From an uncultured candidate division Zixibacteria bacterium (GTDB taxonomy: Bacteria; Zixibacteria; MSB-5A5; GN15; FEB-12): a DNA stretch of 64,000 bases. The position numbers and the translations under genes were made by a program. Location: positions 352,001 to 416,000 of the forward strand of contig CAWDXE010000007.1 of assembly GCA_963806185.1 (NCBI GenBank), given 5' to 3'. Below, one piece after another: positions 57,877 to 64,000 of the stretch. A model generated the notes under the pieces. The model was not told where the DNA came from. It did not search any database and saw only the letters and a list, made by a program, of their open reading frames with translations. Within the stretch, counting starts at the first letter, position 1. Every line of letters begins with the position of its first letter.

Positions 57877-59811
57877 ATGACGATGATCATGGAACGTACC
57901 TCTTCAACCACGCCAGCCGAGGTCGCGCGCATAACACGCTGTGCGGTCTGCAAAATCGATCTCAAACGACGATTCACTTATATCGACGATCACACCGAAG
58001 AGCTTCTTCAGGCCACACGCGAAGAGTTGTTCGGGAAGCCGTTTGTCGACAGTCTTGATCCGACGGATCAGCCGGCGCTGAACGAATTGTTCGCCCGGTA
58101 CAGCCGGTATGAAGCGACGTTTGACGCGATACGCGTGACGCTGGTCGGCAAAGCGGGATTGCGGACGCCGGTGAAAATAATCGTGTCGATGAATTTCATC
58201 GGGGGAAGCCCGGTCAATTATCAGATCGTGATCAATCCGGAGGAGGCGAGCGCGCCGCTTGCGGGAGCGCAGGCGAATTACGATCACGAGTCGTTACTGG
58301 CGATGCTGACGACGCTGGTGCAGACCGGGGAGAATCCGGACTGGCACACGCTGGCGCCGGTTCTACGCGAATTGGCGGGTGTTCCGGCAGTGCAGGTATA
58401 CCGGGCAGTCGGAAAAGAGATCACTTGTCTGGCGAAGTCGGCGACGGCCCAGGCGCCGGTGGACCAGGGGGAGCTGATTGATTCGATCATAGCCGGGGCG
58501 GCAGCTGAAGAATTTTTGGGGAATCTGGGTGACGTGCAGGCGATGCTGCCGGACGATGAACTGCTCACGGAGATTGCGCGGGGCGACGGCGAGCGGTGGA
58601 TATTCCGTTTTCGGTTCGACGCTCATGACAACGCTCAGCGGGCGGCAGCGAAGCAGCAGGTGGACGTGGCGATCGGGATCATTCGGCGGCTGACGGCGAT
58701 TCACGGGCCGTCGGTGGCGACCGTTCTCTCCGCGCCGGACTGGACGCCGATTCTCAACTTGTTTGACCGGGCCGGTCTGGGCGCGGCGTGCGTGGCGAAA
58801 GACGGGCAGATTTCCGGGGTCAACAGGGCGTTTGCAAATTTGTTCGATCATCGTCCGCCGACCGGGTTCATCGGCGACATGGTGGCACGATTGTCGGACT
58901 GCAACTCGGCGGATACGCTCGAGTCGGTAGATACGCTGTTGCGGCTGGCGCACCAGGAAGGGACGATCGTTCATCCGGTCATGGTGGAGCTGCCCGCGGG
59001 TATTTCGGCGCGGATGCTGCTGCACCGTCAGCCGAGCCCCGACGGGGCGCCGTTCCTGTGGGTGTTGCTGGCGCCGGTGATGATCCGTGATGACAGCGGC
59101 ACACCGGCCTGCGTGGAACAGCGGTTCCTGAGCGACGCTCTGCAGGCGGTGACATCGTCAATCGAAGCGGCGGGCACGTCTACGGATAAGCTAGTGCATG
59201 AATATTGCGGCGAGTTGACGCGGGAGGGGAACTTCTACCTGACCGTGCTGGGGAATCATCTCTTGAAACTGCGCGGCATGATGGCGGATCTCGGCCAGAC
59301 CGTGGTGTTGACGGCCGAAACAGAAGAGATGCAGACATGCGACCTGAAGGTGGTGGTCGATACGGTGGTGCAGGAAGTACAGTCGTTATTCCCGGAAACG
59401 GTCATTACCACGAATTACACAGAGCTGCCGAAGATCATTACGGCGCGGAACAAGTTGACGGCGGTCATTCGGAACCTGATGCTCAACAGCGTCAAGTTCG
59501 CGCCGGGTCAGAAGGTGACGATATCAATCAGCGTACGAGCCGAAGGGGGGAAATGGCTGCTGGTGATTTCAGATGATGGAACGGGAATCCCGACCAAATA
59601 TCTGAATCGGATCAGCGAGCCGTTTTACCGCGTCCCGACGCAGAAGAGCCCGGCGATACCGGGGCATGGAACCGGTCTGGCGATGACGAGGCAGCTCATC
59701 TACGCGTCGGGCGGCGAGTTATCAGTGGCGTCGGAAGAGGGTCAGGGGACGCAGGTGACGATCACGCTGCCTCAATTGGTGCAGATCGGCGGGGGACCCG
59801 ATGAGGCCTAG
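57877..59811 (+). CDS. PAS-domain protein with HATPase_c domain and His-less DHp region
   Basis: PAS (REELFGKPF..LDP.D); N box NLMLNSVKF, G1 DDGTGIP, F box EPFYR, G2 GTGLA; no H-box His. Confidence 0.85.
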   Translation: MTMIMERTSSTTPAEVARITRCAVCKIDLKRRFTYIDDHTEELLQATREELFGKPFVDSLDPTDQPALNELFARYSRYEATFDAIRVTLVGKAGLRTPVKIIVSMNFIGGSPVNYQIVINPEEASAPLAGAQANYDHESLLAMLTTLVQTGENPDWHTLAPVLRELAGVPAVQVYRAVGKEITCLAKSATAQAPVDQGELIDSIIAGAAAEEFLGNLGDVQAMLPDDELLTEIARGDGERWIFRFRFDAHDNAQRAAAKQQVDVAIGIIRRLTAIHGPSVATVLSAPDWTPILNLFDRAGLGAACVAKDGQISGVNRAFANLFDHRPPTGFIGDMVARLSDCNSADTLESVDTLLRLAHQEGTIVHPVMVELPAGISARMLLHRQPSPDGAPFLWVLLAPVMIRDDSGTPACVEQRFLSDALQAVTSSIEAAGTSTDKLVHEYCGELTREGNFYLTVLGNHLLKLRGMMADLGQTVVLTAETEEMQTCDLKVVVDTVVQEVQSLFPETVITTNYTELPKIITARNKLTAVIRNLMLNSVKFAPGQKVTISISVRAEGGKWLLVISDDGTGIPTKYLNRISEPFYRVPTQKSPAIPGHGTGLAMTRQLIYASGGELSVASEEGQGTQVTITLPQLVQIGGGPDEA

Positions 59812-60472
59812 TCTGCGCATCCTGCTCTTGAACCAGAATCGGTATGTATCGCTTCTGATCGAGCGGGAGTTGTCGCGCGTGTTATCCGGAGTGGTGATCA
59901 CCAAGTTTGCGGACGTCCGCTCGGCGGTGGAAGAACTCTCGATCAGCCGGTATCACGCGGTGGTGGTCGATCTGGACACCGTGCAGGCGTCGTCGGCACC
60001 GGGACGTGACGACCTGATCGGCTCGGTCGAGGAAGACCTGCCTATCATACTGCTGGTATCGCCGGAGGCAAAGCCGGAGACACTGGATGTGCTGGGTGAG
60101 GTGGATATCGTGCGCAAGGAGCGGAATTTTCAGGTGCAAATCCCGGACCTGATTATCGAGGTCATCCGCCGGCGCGAAGAAGAGTTGGCACGCGGGCTTG
60201 CGCGGCCGGTCTCGGAGAACAGTGACTCACTGTTGCGGATCATCACCAATACGTTGTCGCACGAGATCAATAACCCGTTGATGACGATCCTGGGGTCGAC
60301 GGAGCTTCTGCTGGAGCGTCGGGACTTGTCGGATCGGGAGCTAATCGACAAGCTCCAGATGATTCATGACTCGGCGCAACGGATTCAGACGCGGTTGACG
60401 AATCTGGCCAATTTGTTTTATCCGAATCTTCGTAACTCCAGTTCTGGCTATCTGATAACTACTCAAAAATAG
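59801..60472 (+). CDS. Receiver + HisKA (DHp) protein with no ATPase domain
   Basis: RILLL..HAVVVD..LPIILL..VRK receiver; LSHEINNPLMTILG H box; ends after the DHp helices. Confidence 0.85.
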   Translation: MRPSLRILLLNQNRYVSLLIERELSRVLSGVVITKFADVRSAVEELSISRYHAVVVDLDTVQASSAPGRDDLIGSVEEDLPIILLVSPEAKPETLDVLGEVDIVRKERNFQVQIPDLIIEVIRRREEELARGLARPVSENSDSLLRIITNTLSHEINNPLMTILGSTELLLERRDLSDRELIDKLQMIHDSAQRIQTRLTNLANLFYPNLRNSSSGYLITTQK

Positions 60473-60563
60473 ACTCCGAATTGGCTGTGCCGTCCAGAAA
60501 CTGATTGACAAGCGGGGGGGCGGCTTGTTCTTTGTGCCAATCTCAGCGAGGGATTTTTGTAGT

Positions 60564-61439
60564 ATGATGTCAATGACCGGTTTCGGCAGGGCCGAGATCA
60601 AAAGCACGCTTGGCCGACTAACTGTCGAGATAACAAGCGTTAACAACAGATTTCTGGAAACCAGCGTCAGGCTGCCCCGGCAGTTTGCGTCGCTTGAGGC
60701 ACAGGTCCGCGAATTGACCACCAGCATGGTGGAGCGGGGCAAGGTGACATTATATATAAGTCACGAGATGCCCGACGACGCGGCTGCCAGTTCGCATATT
60801 AATGTTCACGCGGCCAGAAGCTTCACCAAGCAATTACGGCAGCTCAAGAAGGAGCTGAAATTGACCGGCAACGTTTCGTTGACCGATCTGCTGGTTCTGC
60901 CCGACGTGATTAAGCCGGCATCGGAAGAAATCAATCCGGAAGAGGCCTGGCCGCCGCTCAAGGAAGTGGTAACCAAGGCGCTCAAGAATCTGGTGACGAT
61001 GCGCGGTCGCGAAGGGAAGGCGATGGCCAAGGACATGGCCGATCGGCTCGACTCGCTGGACAGCATCGTGAAACAGATTCAGGAGAAGACCATCGGGGCG
61101 GTGGACTACTACCGAGATAAACTAACGAAGCGGATAAACGAATTGATGGAATCGCCGGCGCGGGACTCGGTGCGACTGGAAGAAGAAATCGCGATTTTTG
61201 CGGAGCGGACGGACATTGCCGAAGAGTTGATGCGCTTTGGCAGTCACTGCGAGCAGTATCGCGAAGCGCTGAAGCAGTCGGAAGCGTCGGGCCGAAAGCT
61301 CAATTTCATCCTGCAGGAAATGAATCGCGAGGCGAACACGATCGGTTCGAAGAGTGTGGATTTCGCGATCGCCTCGCTGGTCATATCGTTAAAAGAAGAG
61401 ATCGAACGACTCCGGGAACTCGTCCAGAATGTCGAGTAA
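60564..61439 (+). CDS. yicC: YicC/YloC family endoribonuclease
   Basis: SMTGFG, SVNNRFL, GRKLNFILQEMNREANTIGSK, RELVQNVE. Confidence 0.95.
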   Translation: MMSMTGFGRAEIKSTLGRLTVEITSVNNRFLETSVRLPRQFASLEAQVRELTTSMVERGKVTLYISHEMPDDAAASSHINVHAARSFTKQLRQLKKELKLTGNVSLTDLLVLPDVIKPASEEINPEEAWPPLKEVVTKALKNLVTMRGREGKAMAKDMADRLDSLDSIVKQIQEKTIGAVDYYRDKLTKRINELMESPARDSVRLEEEIAIFAERTDIAEELMRFGSHCEQYREALKQSEASGRKLNFILQEMNREANTIGSKSVDFAIASLVISLKEEIERLRELVQNVE

Positions 61440-62088
61440 ACAGCATCGCGCGCCGATTTCCCTGACGCGGCAGAAGGGGATTCTCGTCATTATCTCGTCG
61501 CCGTCGGGCGGCGGGAAAACATCAATTTGCCGTCGCCTTCTTTCCCCCAGGCGCCGTCGAGACGGATGGCAGTTCTCAATATCGTACACGACGCGTCCAC
61601 CGCGCAGCACTGAACGTAACGGACGCGAGTATGTGTTTGTGACGGAGGCGAAGTTTCGCGATTTGGTGAGCGAGAATTTCTTCGCCGAGCACTGTACTGT
61701 TCATTTGTGGCAGTACGGCACGCCACGCAAGCCGCTGGAGCAGGTGCGCAGTCGGGGCGGGGTGATGGTTTTGGATGTGGACGTACAGGGGGCGGGAAAA
61801 CTGTATAAGGAATATCCTGATGCGGCGATGATTTTTATTTTGCCGCCGTCAGCGAATGTCCTTAAAGAGCGCCTTCGCAAGCGGGGGACGGAGCGAGCGG
61901 CTCAGCGGAAGTTGCGGTTGGAGAACGCGCTGTCGGAGATGAGGTCGTTCCGGTCGTACGGATTTAAGTATGTTGTTGTCAATGAGACACTTGAGTCTGC
62001 CGCAGACGAGGTTTTGAGTATTATAACGGCCCATCAGTGCCGGATAGAACAGCTTGATCCGGAACAAATACGAAAGATAACGGGTTAA
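61429..62088 (+). CDS. gmk: Guanylate kinase
   Basis: SSPSGGGKTS, SYTTRPPR, YGTP, DVDVQGA, IFILPPS. Confidence 0.95.
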   Translation: MSSKQHRAPISLTRQKGILVIISSPSGGGKTSICRRLLSPRRRRDGWQFSISYTTRPPRSTERNGREYVFVTEAKFRDLVSENFFAEHCTVHLWQYGTPRKPLEQVRSRGGVMVLDVDVQGAGKLYKEYPDAAMIFILPPSANVLKERLRKRGTERAAQRKLRLENALSEMRSFRSYGFKYVVVNETLESAADEVLSIITAHQCRIEQLDPEQIRKITG

Positions 62089-62116
62089 CGCGGTTGCCTG
62101 AAGAAAGGATGAACCC

Positions 62117-62347
62117 ATGGGATATTTTCCTCTCGATCCGCTGGATCGTGTGACACGAAATCGGTATGAGGCGGTGATCGTTGCCGCACAGCATGCCCGG
62201 CGGCTTAACGCACAGAGACTGGCGAAGTTACGTCAGTTGGAGGAAGAGGTGCCGACGTTTGATATCGACGGTCGCAAGATGACCGCGGTGGCGCTGCGCG
62301 AGTTGATGGAGGGTAAAGTAAAGGTCAAACGCGCCGATACCGAGTAA
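62117..62347 (+). CDS. rpoZ: RNA polymerase omega subunit
   Basis: NRYEAVIVAAQHARRL..K.TAVALREL..GKV; follows gmk. Confidence 0.88.
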   Translation: MGYFPLDPLDRVTRNRYEAVIVAAQHARRLNAQRLAKLRQLEEEVPTFDIDGRKMTAVALRELMEGKVKVKRADTE

Positions 62348-62380
62348 CACAATTCACAGACCCATGGCATAGGAAAACAC

Positions 62381-64000
62381 ATGGCCAAAAATCTGGTCGT
62401 AGTCGAGTCGCCCGCAAAATCAAAGACCCTCACACGCTTTTTGGGCAAAGACTACGATGTTTTCTCCACGCTGGGGCATGTCGTTGATCTTCCCAAATCC
62501 AAGCTGGGTGTGGATCCGGAAAACGACTTCACCCCCGAATATATTGTCATCGAAGGCAAGGAAAAGATCCTCAAAGAGCTGAAGGCGGCGGTCAAGAAAG
62601 CCACCACTGTTTTTCTGGCTCCTGACCCTGACCGCGAAGGGGAGGCTATTGCCTGGCACGTGGCTAATTCCCTGAAGGGGACGAAAGCCGAAATCGTGCG
62701 GGTGACGTTTAATGAAATCACCAAGACGGCGGTGACGCACGCCATCGCCAGCCCCCGCAAGATTGATATGAATCTGGTGAACGCGCAGCAGGCGCGGCGA
62801 ATTCTCGACCGCCTGGTGGGGTATATCGTGTCGCCGATTCTGTGGAAGACGGTGGCGCGGAATCTGTCGGCGGGGCGGGTGCAGTCGGTAGCGCTGCGGC
62901 TGGTCTGCGAGCGCGAAGAAGAGATTGCGAATTTTGTTGCCCAGGAATACTGGAATATCGCGGTCGAACTGGCCAACAAGAAGAACGAATCGTTCACGGC
63001 CCAGTTGGTGAAGATCGACGGCAAGACGGTCGTGCGGGCCGGTGAAGAGGGGCCGAAGAAGATGACCATCAGCTCGAAGGCGCAGGCTGATGAGATTCTG
63101 GCCCAGATCAAGAAGGAAAAGTTTGAGGTCGCGGAGCTTCGGGAGACCGAACGAATCCGCAGACCGTCGGCGCCGTTTATCACCTCGACCCTCCAGCAGG
63201 AAGCGGCGAAGGTGTATGGTTTTTCGCCCAGCGTGACGATGTCGATCGCCCAGAAGTTGTACGAAGGGATCGAGGTCGGCAAAGAGGGGGCGACCGGTTT
63301 AATCACCTACATGCGTACCGACTCGACCCGCGTCGCCGACGAGGCGATGAACGCGGTCCGGAAGCATATTAATGATGAATTCGGCAAGAAATACCTGCCG
63401 GGGCATCCGAATCAGTACGGAAAGAAGAAGAACGCGCAGGACGCGCACGAAGCGATCCGTCCGTCGTATGTCGAACTGACGCCGGCGAAGGTGAAAAAGC
63501 ACCTGACGCCGCAGCAGTACAAGCTGTACTCGCTGATCTGGAACCGGTTTGTCGCGTCGCAGATGAACGACGCGAAGTACGCGGTGGAGACGGTCGACAT
63601 CAAGGCGGGTGAGTTCCTTTTCCGGGCATCGGCCCAGCAGCTGGTTTTTGACGGTTTCCTGAAGGTGTATCACGAGGCGAACGAGCAGGATGAAAACGGG
63701 AACGGCTTCAAAGAGGCCGATCATCTTCCGACGCTGACCGAAGGGGAACTGCTCAAGATGCTGGGATTGAACCCGACGCAGTCGTTCACCAAGCCGCCGG
63801 CCAGGTATTCGGAGGCGATGCTGGTGAAACGGTTGGAGTCCGACGGGATCGGGCGGCCGTCGACGTACGCCGCGATTATCACGACACTCAAAGACCGCAA
63901 ATATGTCGAACTGAAAGAGAAGAAGTTATCGCCGACCGAACTGGGTGTGGCGGTGAACAAGATATTGGTCGAGCATTTCCCGAAACTTTTCAATGTGGCG
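62381..64000 (+). CDS. topA: Type I DNA topoisomerase, 3' partial
   Basis: MAKNLVVVESPAK, DPDREGEAIAWH, SAGRVQS, LITYMRTDS, AQDAHEAIRP, GIGRPSTY; open to the window end. Confidence 0.97.
   Translation, partial: MAKNLVVVESPAKSKTLTRFLGKDYDVFSTLGHVVDLPKSKLGVDPENDFTPEYIVIEGKEKILKELKAAVKKATTVFLAPDPDREGEAIAWHVANSLKGTKAEIVRVTFNEITKTAVTHAIASPRKIDMNLVNAQQARRILDRLVGYIVSPILWKTVARNLSAGRVQSVALRLVCEREEEIANFVAQEYWNIAVELANKKNESFTAQLVKIDGKTVVRAGEEGPKKMTISSKAQADEILAQIKKEKFEVAELRETERIRRPSAPFITSTLQQEAAKVYGFSPSVTMSIAQKLYEGIEVGKEGATGLITYMRTDSTRVADEAMNAVRKHINDEFGKKYLPGHPNQYGKKKNAQDAHEAIRPSYVELTPAKVKKHLTPQQYKLYSLIWNRFVASQMNDAKYAVETVDIKAGEFLFRASAQQLVFDGFLKVYHEANEQDENGNGFKEADHLPTLTEGELLKMLGLNPTQSFTKPPARYSEAMLVKRLESDGIGRPSTYAAIITTLKDRKYVELKEKKLSPTELGVAVNKILVEHFPKLFNVA

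Noticed and set aside
60564..64000. yicC-gmk-rpoZ-topA cluster
   Set aside because: Ordinary conserved housekeeping synteny.

Overview
Bacterial chromosomal segment, moderately GC-rich, made mostly of housekeeping and envelope genes. The giant Cys-rich exported protein with cohesin-like, dockerin-like and FlgD/T9SS-like C-terminal modules suggests an FCB-superphylum lineage such as candidate division Zixibacteria (inference). Gene order: frameshifted hybA/hybB(HmcB/C)-like redox genes with upstream Rex-type boxes; rlmI-like; tRNA-Pro(UGG); rlmN; S41 protease; HAD; ogt; M29 aminopeptidase; REP-like repeat cluster; acs; 3140-aa repeat protein; rlmH-yjbQ-ftsY-smc; rodZ-like, maf, dtd; trxA; rhomboid; RomR-like pseudo-receiver; ccdA; pabB/pabC; ECF sigma/anti-sigma/HtrA-like operon; a one-gene low-GC islet; tamB/tamA; iscS-mnmA; asmA; a two-gene kinase module; yicC-gmk-rpoZ-topA. 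Most notable observations: (1) a 61-codon membrane ORF next to trxA, absent from the ORF track, with an in-frame UGA followed by a SECIS-like hairpin and a nearby Cys (candidate small selenoprotein); (2) an apparently split histidine kinase, with the ATPase domain on one protein and the phosphoacceptor His on the next; (3) sigma-28-type promoters in front of non-flagellar signalling genes; (4) several intact genes whose catalytic residues appear lost (S26-like, HtrA-like, DUF2064, receiver). Several single-base frameshifts are probably sequencing errors. All calls are from reading the sequence by eye; no database searches were run.
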